Origin: Eledone cirrhosa
Taxonomy: Eukaryota
DNA: 64,000 bases
Reading direction: 5' to 3'
Assembly (NCBI GenBank): GCA_964016885.1
Contig: OZ024740.1
Location: 323,764,001 to 323,828,000 of the forward strand
Numbering within the stretch: the first letter of the stretch is position 1; each line of letters opens with the position of its first letter. The position numbers were made by a program, and so were the translations under genes. A model generated the notes under the pieces. The model did no database searches and was not told the origin of the DNA. It worked only from the letters and a program-made list of their open reading frames with translations. Positions 11,918-23,671 of the stretch are shown piece after piece.

Positions 11918-13748
11918 ACACACAGTATATATGTATTAGCAAAAGTTTTGCATAGGATGCTGTTTTACTTTTTTATTTCCGGTAAATAACCTTGATAGAA
12001 TATTTTGGGTAGAAAGTTCCATTTCATGTTATAATTTTTCCGGTGGTAATAAAAAATAAACTAAAAATGACAGCTCCAAAAGTTTCTTCCTCCATTAATT
12101 TAAGTTTCTATACTTCCTGACATCTGTTTTCTACATTAACTGGCCATAAATTACTGTAGAGCTGACAACACATTCTTTTATGACAAATTCAAACTCACAC
12201 AGTTATTAATATTGATTTCTATTTTAAGCACAAGGTCAGAAAATTTGGGGGAAAGACAAAGTTGATTAAATAAATAAACAAGCCCCAGTATATAACTGGT
12301 ACGCTATTTTATCGACCCGGGAGAACGAAAAGCAAAGTTGACCTCGTTCAGATTTGAATTCCGAATATAATGGGTCTGAACAAATACTTCATTGCATTTG
12401 TCAGACGCTCTACAAATTCTGTCAAAGCACCACCGCCATGCACCAAGGATTTAATATCAACTAATTTTGCTCCTTCCATGAACGTAATGCTACTCAATAG
12501 TTAGGGAGTTCAACGGACTATTTTGAGGTCCTCGGTTTGGTCTCACGGCGTAGCATATTATGTCTGCTCGTTAGGCCTGTGTTTATCCTGGTTTCATGGC
12601 GTGAAGCGACTGAGAGTACAAGACTACTCCCTGGACAGGACGCCTGTCCATTGCAGGGTTAAACACCACCAGCTATTGCTGGTATTCATTTTCAGCTGAG
12701 TATAATGGAGCATGTTATTTTTACCATACCCTCGGGTTGATCCAAATCATGTGAGTGAAACTGATTAGATGGAACCTGTGTGGAAGGAAACACATCAGAT
12801 GAACTGGCCGGCCCTGTCACATATGGTGTCACGTTGATTTTCATTGGGTACTACATTACTGTTACACGTGTCTGCGGAACACTTAACCACATATACTATG
12901 AAATAAGATGGTTTTACCTGAAGTCAACGATGCAGTAGACATGTACTGTGTCACATTGAATCTCCCTGAGAATTACATTAGAGGTACACGTGTATGTTGA
13001 ATACTCGATCACTTAGATATTAATAAAATGTACAGACATTCTACTGACATTTCTATCGTGCAGTAATGGATCAAACACGAATATTTTTCTGTGAGGTTGG
13101 AGTCTTCCAAATAATTTATCAGTAGATCAAAAAATTCTGAACAATCACCGTCGAAACCGACGAAAGTCCATCCTATTCCATCTAAATACTACTGCCCTCA
13201 CAACTATTAATATTGGTTTCTGATTTAAGCACAAGGCCAACAATTTTTGGGGAGGCGAATGTCTCTTGGTGCATTACTGGTACATTATTTTATCGACCCC
13301 GTAAGGATGAAAGGCAAAGCTAACCTCGGCAGGATTTGAACTCAGATCGTAAAAAGGCTCTAACTCCATGCCATAGTGCAAGTTGTCCGACGCTCTACCG
13401 ATACTGCCAATCCACCGCCCTCTCCACCACCACCACCACCACCATCACTATTAATATTGACTTTGTATATTGTCAAAAGAAACCAATTTATTTGATTGGA
13501 ACTTATGCTGAAAACAATATACAGTTCTTTAGCAGTACTTGTCGCTAGTTTAGGAACATTTTACTGCCGTTTATTTGGCTCCAGGAATCTCGAAGACATT
13601 CTATTTGGCAAATTGTCAAAGAAAATAGCCAGGCTGTAACAAAATATCTCTGATCAATGAACATAACAATTTTTCAATTATCCCCGCTGACGATAGACTA
13701 TCACACACAAACGCACACACACACGTACACACACACATATATATGTAC

Positions 13749-13804
<56 letters not shown>

Positions 13805-13972
13805 GAGAGGAAGAGGGAAGAGAGAGAGAGAGAGATGTATGAATATAGATATAGATATATATTTAACATTCCAACTTTCACTCAAGACAAAAGATTAAAG
13901 TCAGTTATAACGAAGAGGAATCAGCATGAGTATATACGTACATACACACACACACACATACACCCATATATA

Positions 13973-14038
<66 letters not shown>

Positions 14039-14097
14039 TAACATCAAGGAGCAAGCCGAAAGAAACGAAGTCAAAAACACACATTCATACACCACAC

Positions 14098-14261
<164 letters not shown>

Positions 14262-14304
14262 CACATACATATATATGTATCTCTATATATTTGTATATAT
14301 ATAA

Positions 14305-14338
<34 letters not shown>

Positions 14339-14729
14339 TTGTGTTTGCTGGATGTGTATGCGCGTATGTGTATACCTATATCCTAGTAAAGCAATGGGAG
14401 TTAACGAATCATTTGTTGATTGCCATCTTAAAAGATATTTTGCTGGGAGTCTATAATAAAATTGGCGAAAAGTCGTATAAATGGTGACAAGAAGACTGCC
14501 ACAAACGTTACTGATATGTCTCTCGTTATAGCGAATAAGCATATCAATGCGTGAGTGTTGTGTCTGAGTAGCCCATGTTTATTGCGTATATATACACTTA
14601 TATATGCACTGTCTAATAAATCTGTCATTTGCTTCCAAGATGGTCGGTTTATAAAATAGCTACCAATGCAGCCATTTTACATATTAACTCACTGTGGTGT
14701 GTATTGTGTCTGAGTAGCCCAGCTTTAAT

Positions 14730-14837
<108 letters not shown>

Positions 14838-15050
14838 ATATATATATATACCTATAAAACCTGGGCTACTCAGACACACACACATATATATCTATATATA
14901 CACACACTGGCTAATAAATCTGTCAATTATTTCCAAGATAGCTGGTTTTGAAATGGCCACCATGGCAGCCATCTTACATATTATCTTACGTATTGTGTGT
15001 GCGCGCGTGTGTGTGTGTGTGTGTGTGTGTTTCTCTGTATGTGTGTGTGT

Positions 15051-15108
<58 letters not shown>

Positions 15109-15315
15109 CTGTGTGTGTCTGTGTGTGTGTGGGTGGGAGCTTATGTGTGTGTCTACGTGTGAGTTTGTTCGTGTGCGTGTGTGGGAGCTTATGTGTGTGC
15201 ATGCGTGTGAGTTCGTGTATGTGAGTTTGTGTGTGAGTTTGCATGTGTGTCCGTGTGTGCAGTTACTGCAACACAGACATGGTGTTTCTGTATAAGCGAC
15301 ATTATATGAAGTAGC

Positions 15316-15484
15316 GGTAGAGGGTCGGACGCCATGCTTTGCAGCATAGAGTTACCGCTCTTTATGATCTGAGCTCAAATCCCGCCGAGGTTAACTTTGC
15401 CTTTCATCATTACGGGGTCGATAAAATAAAGTACCAGTAATGCACTGGGTCTTTTGCTGGCCTTGTGCCAAAAGTAGAAACAAT
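15316..15484 (+). mobile_element. SINE family 1, 5'-truncated, with TSD
   Basis: attatatgaagtagc is duplicated at 15301 and 15483. Confidence 0.85.
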
Positions 15485-15569
15485 TATATGAAGTAGCCTC
15501 TAAAATAGTTATGTCTCATTGGCTCATTTCTTCTGTTTCTTGGTCTGCCTGCCAGTCTCTCCATCTCTA

Positions 15570-15641
<72 letters not shown>

Positions 15642-15663
15642 TCTCTCCCTTTTTCTCTCTCTC

Positions 15664-16528
15664 TTTATTTCCTACATTGGACTATATTATATCCTGTACA
15701 TTAAATAAAACTATTAATAAAATAACAAATAACAATTGAAATCCCCAATAGGGGGGAGGCGTTACACAGGGGTTGTACACACCCCGAAAAAAATGTACAA
15801 CCCTCATTTCCAGGAGCACCAAGAGCGAGTACTCCCTTCCTCTCTTCCTCTTTTTCCTCAACCTACAGGCTTATATAGAGAGAAGGCCCAACCACTCGGG
15901 CCATCTTTGCCACATTCACCCATCTTTTATAAAATTTGCTGGAGTACAGCACCTCTCTCTCCATCCTGATTCTTCTTCCAAAATGATATACGAAAAAATG
16001 AATCAGTTCGCCGGAGAGAAAGGTGTCTGACCTCAGCCCTTTTAACCACGTCCACCATATAACCTCTTTCACCATGGCCATAACACATAGGAAAACCGCC
16101 TCTCCCTCGTTTTTGAAGGAGGGTGGCGGTTTGTTCATGACAATGGACTCGGTGGTCAACTGGATTGGCCCCACACGCGACAATAGTCGTTCTACATAGC
16201 CCCACAGGTTGGTAACGCCCGGGAAGTGTACAAATGCGTGCGCGCCGGTTTCCTCGTCGCGCACGCATCTCGGATAAATCTTTTTCGAAGGGTCCCTGCC
16301 CCGGCGCCCGTGTCTGTACAGCTTGTCTCGAACTGGTAGAGCTCCTCGGTAACACTGCCAGGCCAGGAACTTTTGGAAGTTGTCCATTGGTCCCGGGTGG
16401 AAGGTCTACCGAACAGACTGGCCAGTTCGTCCTCCTCTACGCCTAGAGTTTCTCCGAGCGCGTCGTCGCACTTGCTGCGGACCAACCCTCTATAGAATGT
16501 CGAAGTGGAGTCTCCACTGATCGCGGGC

Positions 16529-16529
<1 letters not shown>
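15664..16529 (-). mobile_element. 5'-truncated, diverged Tx1 copy (ORF2 C-terminus plus 3'UTR)
   Basis: ORFs 16192-16530 and 15863-16387 align to the last ~215 aa of ORF2 with a frameshift. The 3'UTR ends AATAAA followed by (GA)n. Confidence 0.9.
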
Positions 16530-16594
<65 letters not shown>

Positions 16595-16595
<1 letters not shown>

Positions 16596-16676
16596 TGTTT
16601 CTTTATTAGCCACAGGGGAACAAAAGAAGGGGACAAATACAAAGGGGGGAGTTTACATACAATAAAAACGTGTAAT

Positions 16677-16677
<1 letters not shown>
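16595..16677 (-). mobile_element. About 80-bp 3'-terminal fragment of a sister Tx1 subfamily
   Basis: Matches the 3' end of the full element (gtaaactcccccctttgta..gtccc..gtggc.AATAAA.gaaa). Flanked on both sides by (GATA)n. Confidence 0.8.
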
Positions 16678-16714
<37 letters not shown>

Positions 16715-16995
16715 CGATAGATAGATAGATATATTTCTTTTATTTGCCACTAGGGCATCAAAAGTGGGACAAGTACAAAGGGGGGAGTTTACACAAAAAG
16801 GCGTCCTCAATAAGGAGGAGGCAATAACAAAATATAAAAATAAAATAAGATATAACAAAAAATAAAATTTTTAACAAAATCCTCAATAGAGAGGAGGCGC
16901 CTTGGGGGGTCGCACACACCCCCGAAAAAAGTGTGCAACCCTTCTCCTCAGGAGCACAGAGAAGGGGTGCTCCCTTGGTCTTTCATCTTCCTCAC

Positions 16996-19900
16996 CTATA
17001 GTCTGATGTAGAGTGAAGGCCCATTCACACGGGCCATTCTCGCCACTTTCACCCATCTTTCATAGAAACGGCTGGGGTGCAGCACCTCTCTCTCCATCCT
17101 GATCCTTCTTCCGAAATGATATCGGAAGAAACGGACCAGTTGTTGGCCAGAGAGAAAGGTGCCCGACCTCAGTCCTTTCAGACGCGTCCACCATACAACC
17201 TCTTTCGCCATGGCTATTACGCACAGAAACACCGCCTCTGCTTCATCTTTGAAGGGGGGAGGCGGCTTGATCATTACAATAGACTCGGTGGTCAACCGGA
17301 TCGGTCCCACCCTTGACAGCAGTTGTTCGACATAGCCCCACAGATCGGCTACGCCCGAGCAGTGTACTAATGCGTGTGCAACGGTTTCCTCGTCGCACAC
17401 GCATCTGGGACAGATCTTTTTGGCGGGGTCCCTACCCGGGCGCCCGTGTCTGTAGAGCCTTTCTCGAACGGGTAAAGCCCCTCGGTAGCACTGCCAGGCC
17501 AGGGACTTCTGGAAGTTGTCCATAGGTCCCGGGCTGAATGTCCTACCGAACAGGCTGGCCAGTTCGTCCTCCTCCATGTCTAGGGCTTCTCCGAGGGCGT
17601 CGTCGCACCTGCTGCGTACTAGCCCTCTATAGAATGTTGCGGTGGAGTCTCCACTGATAACCGGATCCGCCTGCCAGAGGGCGGTGAGCGCCTGGGCACA
17701 CTCAGTGTGCCAGGCGCCCAGTTTTCTCGGTCTTTGCTTGACCCAGGATTGCAGCTCGGTGAGTGAGACGAGTCTGGGAAAGGTTCGTCTCACAAACGAG
17801 GCCCACACCGGTTGTCCGGTGAGGAATACGTAGAGGTGCCGTAGCCTTAATGCGTGTTTACGCATCATTAGCCACGGCATCCCCAGCCCTCCTTTCGAAG
17901 GGTGTTGACAGCAGATGGATCTCCTCACCATAGGAGCCCGCCTCTTCCAAAGGAATTGGAAGAGCGCGCGCTCCATCTTGGTGAGGGTTTCCCTTGGGCA
18001 GGGCACTACGGTCAGGCGGTAGTAGATGACGGACGCTATGTAGGTGTTCGCCACCTCCGCCCGGCCTTTCAGGGATAGTTTGCAACTGGCCCACTTCTGG
18101 GTCAGTGCAAACACCCTGTTCGTAACCTCCGCCCAGTTTTTCTCCACCTGGAGGTCCGGTCCGAACCAGACCCCGAGCAACTTCACCGGGCCCTCCGTCC
18201 AGCGTCCGACGACGCTATCGGAGGGCATCGGTCTGCCCCTCCACGTGCCGAGTTGCAAACCGATCGACTTGTCCCGGTTCAGCTTAGCCCCTGTGAACTT
18301 TTCGTACTCCTCCAGTAAGGTGCCGACCGCCTCGATTTCGGAGGCCGTCGACACCATTACTGTCACGTCATCGGCGTAGGCCGACACCGCTTTCCGCAAT
18401 CCCGGTTCCAAAGGGATGCCCTGCAACAACTCCAACTTCCGCAGTAGTGGCTCGAGAGTCAACACATACAGAAGGGAGGAGAGAGGGCACCCTTGTCGGA
18501 TGGACCGCGCGATTTTGAACGGCTCCGAGAGGTAGCCGTTCACCTTGACCCTAGAGCAGATGCGGCTGCTGTGCATAGCAGTGATCCAGCCCCTGAAAAC
18601 GGGTCCGAAGCCTGCCGCCGCTAGCACCGCATCCAGGTAACCATGGTCGACCCTATCGAACGCCTTAGATTGATCCAAGTTGATCAGAGCCCCACCAAAG
18701 CCGGGTTCGTTCCCAACCCTCTCTATGATGTATCGCATGAGGTGGAGGTTGTCATGGATGGACCTGGACGGGATAGCGCATGTCTGCGCATCTCCCACCA
18801 GGTTGCCCACGACAAGCGCCAACCTCTTTGCTAGCACCTTGGCCAAAATCTGTAACTCTGTATTTAGCAGTGTTATGGGCCTGAAGTTACTTATTTCGTC
18901 CCCCTTGTTCTCGTCCTTCCTCACTAGCGTGACTACGCCCTTGGTCACAGTACAGGGAATTCTCCCGTTCTGTTGCCAGTTGCAGTAGACCGCCTCGAGG
19001 AGATCGGGGAACAAGTCCGGCATAGCTAGATATAATTCGTAAGGAAGACCATCGAGACCCGGGGATTTGCGTTTGCCGCATTGGCTCAGCACGTCCTCTA
19101 TCTCAGCGGCCGAAATCGGCTCTTCGCAGGACTTCGCCTCCCTGTCCGAGAGGCGCGGCAGGCCGTCGAGGTATGGACCGAAGTCCACGTTCCCAACCGG
19201 CTCCCCGCCCCTCCCGAACAGTCGGGCAAAGTGCCTTTGAAAGGCCTCACACATCTGCTTAGGCTCAAGAATCGCCCGTCCATCCAGGTCTCGCAAAGAC
19301 CGGATGGTGGATTTAGTTCCACTGTTGGCCTCTGTCACGCGGGCCCAGCTAACAGCTTTGGTCCCCTCGTTCCCTAGAGCACGTATTTTACTTCGGACAA
19401 CGCAGCCTTCGTGCTTCGCGTCGAAAAACTGGCTCAAAGCCGTTCTCGACGCTAGCACTCTGGCCACGTCGCCGCTTCTAATTGCCTCTTCTACTCTATC
19501 TATTAGCTCCCTTTCCTTCCTATTCCTATCCGCAGCTAGAACCTTACTAAATTCTATCGAGACTACTCTAATCTCTCTCTTTAGAGATACCCACCACCTG
19601 CTGTTGACGATCGCTCCAGTCAACCGTTCCTTAACTAACGTACTAATCCGATTCCTGTAGGCTCTACTTGCCGGCAAGGACAAGTTGAGCTTCCAGTAAC
19701 CGGGGCCCTGTCTATGAGTTCTGTCAAGGTTGACCATGCAGGTCACTAATTTGTGGTCTGAATAGCCAACAATGCGCATTTTTGGACAACTTAAAAAGTC
19801 CTTATCCTTAATTCTAACTAAGAACCTATCTAGGTACGACCTAGATGATCCGCTACGATTTGCCCAAGTCCAGGTTGGCGCAGTCGGAAAATCTAGTCGA

Positions 19901-20433
19901 TATCTATCGGCCAGGTCAAATCGACCGATTAACCCTTTGAGGCTATTACACCCCTCTCTATCGGGGCAGGCCCCTACGTAGTCCCAGCGTGCATCTAGGA
20001 TACCATTCCAGTCCCCCACTAATAGCAAGGAGCGGGACGTCCCTAGAAAAGTCTCCAGACGATGGAAGAAGTCCGGCCGCATTGACCCGAAAGGGCCGTA
20101 GGCGGCTACCAACCTAAACGCTCCGCCTTTACCACTGCCAAGGTCCAGAACCACTAGTCGACCCTCCGGGTCCAAATGTACCATCTGTGTTGCGAGACCC
20201 AGATGTTTTTGCAGCAGAACGACAACTCCACCCCCACCTCCGGGCTGACAGAGAGATGCGTGCATCTCAAAGTCATCAAAGGTGGGGGCCAGCTGTCGCA
20301 CGTTGCTGATCCGGGCCTCGCAAATAACCATCACATCTATACGTTGTGACCTGAGGTCATTTAGAAGCATTGCTTGCTTCCAAGTTGAGCCCAGGCCACG
20401 CGCGTTTAAACAGCCTACTCTTAGCATAGCCAT
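16996..20433 (-). CDS. LINE ORF2: APE endonuclease, reverse transcriptase and C-terminal CCHC finger
   Basis: APE motifs LNARGL, E, GDWN, YLDR, SDH. RT motifs KSPGLDG, FRPITLLN, LDQSKAFDRV, RQGCPLS, YADD. C-terminal CPRC-x8-H-x4-C. First ATG at 20433; the track starts at a GTG at 20457. Confidence 0.95.
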   Translation of the reverse strand: MAMLRVGCLNARGLGSTWKQAMLLNDLRSQRIDVMVICEARISNVRQLAPTFDDFEMHASLCQPGGGGGVVVLLQKHLGLATQMVHLDPEGRLVVLDLGSGKGGAFRLVAAYGPFGSMRPDFFHRLETFLGTSRSLLLVGDWNGILDARWDYVGACPDREGCNSLKGLIGRFDLADRYRLDFPTAPTWTWANRSGSSRSYLDRFLVRIKDKDFLSCPKMRIVGYSDHKLVTCMVNLDRTHRQGPGYWKLNLSLPASRAYRNRISTLVKERLTGAIVNSRWWVSLKREIRVVSIEFSKVLAADRNRKERELIDRVEEAIRSGDVARVLASRTALSQFFDAKHEGCVVRSKIRALGNEGTKAVSWARVTEANSGTKSTIRSLRDLDGRAILEPKQMCEAFQRHFARLFGRGGEPVGNVDFGPYLDGLPRLSDREAKSCEEPISAAEIEDVLSQCGKRKSPGLDGLPYELYLAMPDLFPDLLEAVYCNWQQNGRIPCTVTKGVVTLVRKDENKGDEISNFRPITLLNTELQILAKVLAKRLALVVGNLVGDAQTCAIPSRSIHDNLHLMRYIIERVGNEPGFGGALINLDQSKAFDRVDHGYLDAVLAAAGFGPVFRGWITAMHSSRICSRVKVNGYLSEPFKIARSIRQGCPLSSLLYVLTLEPLLRKLELLQGIPLEPGLRKAVSAYADDVTVMVSTASEIEAVGTLLEEYEKFTGAKLNRDKSIGLQLGTWRGRPMPSDSVVGRWTEGPVKLLGVWFGPDLQVEKNWAEVTNRVFALTQKWASCKLSLKGRAEVANTYIASVIYYRLTVVPCPRETLTKMERALFQFLWKRRAPMVRRSICCQHPSKGGLGMPWLMMRKHALRLRHLYVFLTGQPVWASFVRRTFPRLVSLTELQSWVKQRPRKLGAWHTECAQALTALWQADPVISGDSTATFYRGLVRSRCDDALGEALDMEEDELASLFGRTFSPGPMDNFQKSLAWQCYRGALPVRERLYRHGRPGRDPAKKICPRCVCDEETVAHALVHCSGVADLWGYVEQLLSRVGPIRLTTESIVMIKPPPPFKDEAEAVFLCVIAMAKEVVWWTRLKGLRSGTFLSGQQLVRFFRYHFGRRIRMEREVLHPSRFYERWVKVARMARVNGPSLYIRL

Positions 20434-20457
20434 GTTGGTGGTGAAGAGAAAAGGCAC

Positions 20458-22236
20458 TTACCTCTCTGCGTCCCGGGTATCGGGCTGCACAATTTCCATT
20501 AGGGTGGGGGATGGGTTGTTGGGTGGGGTGGTGGTTTGTGGAAGTGTGGGGGCATCAGTGTGTTGTGTGGTTGGGGAGCTTGGAGTTGTGTGGGTGTTTG
20601 GGGAGGGGGTGGGATAGTTTTTTAGGAGGACGCGGTTAATGGGCCCGACGCAGGGGGGACCCACGTCCTCTTTAAAATTGTTTTTTAAAGTTTTATAGGT
20701 GTCCTGTGGGGCCTTAATCATTTTGAGGTGGGGGAAATCCCCTGCCTGGGTGAAGTTAGGCCCTTGTGTTTTTATTAGATTGTTGTTGTACACAATGTTT
20801 AACAGTTTTTTGTTTCTTGTATTTATGTATGTGTATGCATGTTTTTGTTTTTGTGTGGTGTTTTTTGTTTGCTGTTGTGAGCTCTTTTGTGTTGGTGTCA
20901 GTGTTATGTTTTGGGGAGGGTTTTTTTTCATTTGTGTGTCTGAGGTGTGTTTTCTTTTTTTTCTTTTGATTGTGTGGAAGTGCTCCTCCTCGTCTGACGA
21001 CGAACTAGGGTCATCTTCCGCGTTGGAGGGGAGGGGTATATTTTCGGGTTGTGTTTGCGGTACGGGTGTTTTGGAAATTGTTTTTGTTTTTTGAGTGGAG
21101 GGGATGGGTTGGACATTGTTTTGTTTTGGTTTGAGCTGTGGTGGTTGTTTTTGTAGTGGTAGTTGTGGTGATTGTGTTGGTTGTGCAGCTGTTGGTGGTG
21201 TAGGCAGGATTGGGGTTTTCTTATTAAGTTGGGGACAGACAGCCCTCAGGTGACCTCTGGTTCCGCAGAGGTAACACGAGGGCCGTCTACCCTCAACGGT
21301 AATGTTGATGAAGGTTAGATCATCCAGTATGACGCGTTCAGGGATCTGGGCGATCCTTTCGGGCCTCATTTGAACTACAAGTTCGAGGCTCGTTCCACTG
21401 AACGCGTCACCCGATGCCTTTCCCATGGACACCAGCATGTCATCCTCCAGGTCCAGAAAACCTGTCAAAACCCACCATATGTCCATAATCGGCAGGATGG
21501 TGTGGATTTTTATTTTTTGTGTTCTTCTACCCATGTACGTAGGGTAGAAGGTGTATGCGGTGGATGTGATTGGTTTGATGGACAGTTTCACTGCTGTGTC
21601 CCTGTCCTTCATTAGAATGGATAGACTCCCGTAGAGTCTATCCTTCTGAATGAAGGTGATGTCCTTCATGACGTCTTTTAAAACCAGCTCTATCTCGCTC
21701 TGTGATGGTTGAGCTGGTTTTTTACTTTTGTTCGAGATTGTCCTAAACATGACCGTGTTTAGGAGTCTCTGGCTTTTTAGTTCCGGGGGGGAATGGATTG
21801 TGAATGAACCATTTTCCCCGTACACTATATATTTTTTCGCATCCGCCAGTAGCTCCTTCGCTTTTGTTATATCTACTGGCAGATAGTCGAGGGTTTTCCT
21901 TGTCGTCTCGGCGAAGGAGAAATTTTGTTTGTTTGTGTTGTTGTTGTCGTTGGTGGTGTTGTTGTTATCATTGTTGTTGTTGTCACCGTTATTGGTCTTG
22001 TTGTTGTTATTGTTATTGGTGTTGTTTTCGTCCGTCGCATTGTTGTTGTTGCTGTTGCCGCTGGTTCTTTGAGTTGTTACCATGGCAACGTCAAGTTGTC
22101 GGTTAACAGGTGGAGAGAATTCTTCCTCTGGCTGACCTTTCTTCTTGACCTCTGCTACTGTGACAGTGGCAGGGGGAAGCTGTAAGTTCATCTTCCCCTT
22201 TCCTCCTTCGAATTTTGGTGAAGAAGCTTCGGCCAT
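20458..22236 (-). CDS. LINE ORF1 (gag-like nucleic-acid-binding protein)
   Basis: 592 aa with zinc knuckle CYLCGTRGHLRAVC, Asn-rich and Pro/Gln-rich tracts and basic KRKKRK. Lies directly upstream of ORF2. Confidence 0.9.
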   Translation of the reverse strand: MAEASSPKFEGGKGKMNLQLPPATVTVAEVKKKGQPEEEFSPPVNRQLDVAMVTTQRTSGNSNNNNATDENNTNNNNNNKTNNGDNNNNDNNNTTNDNNNTNKQNFSFAETTRKTLDYLPVDITKAKELLADAKKYIVYGENGSFTIHSPPELKSQRLLNTVMFRTISNKSKKPAQPSQSEIELVLKDVMKDITFIQKDRLYGSLSILMKDRDTAVKLSIKPITSTAYTFYPTYMGRRTQKIKIHTILPIMDIWWVLTGFLDLEDDMLVSMGKASGDAFSGTSLELVVQMRPERIAQIPERVILDDLTFINITVEGRRPSCYLCGTRGHLRAVCPQLNKKTPILPTPPTAAQPTQSPQLPLQKQPPQLKPKQNNVQPIPSTQKTKTISKTPVPQTQPENIPLPSNAEDDPSSSSDEEEHFHTIKRKKRKHTSDTQMKKNPPQNITLTPTQKSSQQQTKNTTQKQKHAYTYINTRNKKLLNIVYNNNLIKTQGPNFTQAGDFPHLKMIKAPQDTYKTLKNNFKEDVGPPCVGPINRVLLKNYPTPSPNTHTTPSSPTTQHTDAPTLPQTTTPPNNPSPTLMEIVQPDTRDAER

Positions 22237-22788
22237 TTAAAAAAATATTGACTTTTCAACAAGAAAAAACTTTTTTTTTTGTTTAACTATTTCGCCTAAA
22301 GGCGTAGAATATTTTGAGAGACTGACCAGATCAAAGTTTGACCTGGCAGTCCCTCTACAAAATGGTACAAAAATTAAAGTTATCAGACAAGAATTTCTAT
22401 AGAAATTTAAACAGAACTTACTCAGCAAGTTATACGCGTGTGTCCATCCCAGAGATAGATAGATAGATAGACAAACAGACATATATATATATATATAAAG
22501 AGAGAGAAAGAGAGCGAGATGAAAAGAGAAAGAAAGAACGATGAAAAGAGAAAGAAAGAGAAAGGAAAAGAGAAAGAAAGAGAGAGGAAAAGGGAAAGAT
22601 AGAAAAGAAGAGGAAGAGAGATATAAATGTTATCGACTCGGATTACTTGGTCTGTTTTTTACCAGTATAGGAAACAATTGGATGTGAAATTGAATAACAA
22701 ATAACCAGCTGTTTCGACCAATCAATTGGAGAGCCTAGTGTTTGTGTGTGTGATTGTGTAAGAGAGAGAGAGAGAGAGAAGGGAGACA

Positions 22789-22825
<37 letters not shown>

Positions 22826-23671
22826 GAGACAGTAAGAGAGAGAGAGAGAGAGAAGGGAGACAGTAAGAGAGAGAGAAAGTCATTATTGGTTGAAAGTAAT
22901 AGTAATATGGCAGGAAGTCGAGTTTTTTAAAAATTGTGGCTTTGATATTTTGCTGGGGACCAATGCATATAAATTACACGTTAATGTTTGTTGTTGTTGT
23001 TGTTGTTGAACCCCAGGTCTGACTCGATTTAGAAGACCAATGATCAAAGGGTTCAATGGGTATACAGTGTTTCACTCAGGCGCGGAAATTTTGAAATCGT
23101 TCCTATATTTTATCACTAGGAAGGATAAAGGCTAGGAGGAGAGGAACGGAAAGAAAGGGCAATAAAAAAGAGGAAATGGGGGACTTAATGGGTAAAAGGA
23201 AAGGTTTATACATCATGTCTGGATGGATACTCACAGAGTAGAAAGTATGTAATGGATAGTTTTGGAGATAGAACAATAGGTTATATCTCTGAGGCAAGTA
23301 TGGCTACTTATCACTGTAGATTCTCATATAAAATTAACGGTAATTAAAAGTAAGTGAGGATTAAAAGTCCTCATACTTAAAAGTAAAAGTTGTTTCAAAA
23401 TGGTGGAGGAGAAATATGAATTGAAAATGAATAAAATCTATTCCTCGTGTGATTGAAAATTTAAGAATATATGACTTCAAACATTTAGGAAAGGAAATGA
23501 ATATTTTTATGAATGTAAACTGAGATGGGATAACATTTTATGCACCGCCGTTGGTTTAATCGATGTGTGAGTGTTGTATTTATTCCGTCAACCGAACGGT
23601 CTAATATCTAATGTAAGTAGGCACCCAGGTATTCCATTGACACGTGTATTCTTAACACGTGTATTCTATGG

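Larger units (their letters stand above)
16730..22453 (-). mobile_element. Full-length L1/Tx1-clade non-LTR retrotransposon
   Basis: About 215-nt 5'UTR, ORF1, ORF2, then a 3'UTR ending AATAAAagaaata followed by (TATC)n. (TATC)4 also lies directly upstream of the 5' end. No stops or frameshifts within either ORF. Confidence 0.92.

Noticed and set aside
17077-22185. Plus-strand ORFs inside the LINE
   Set aside because: Short antisense shadows of the coding frames with no recognisable motifs.
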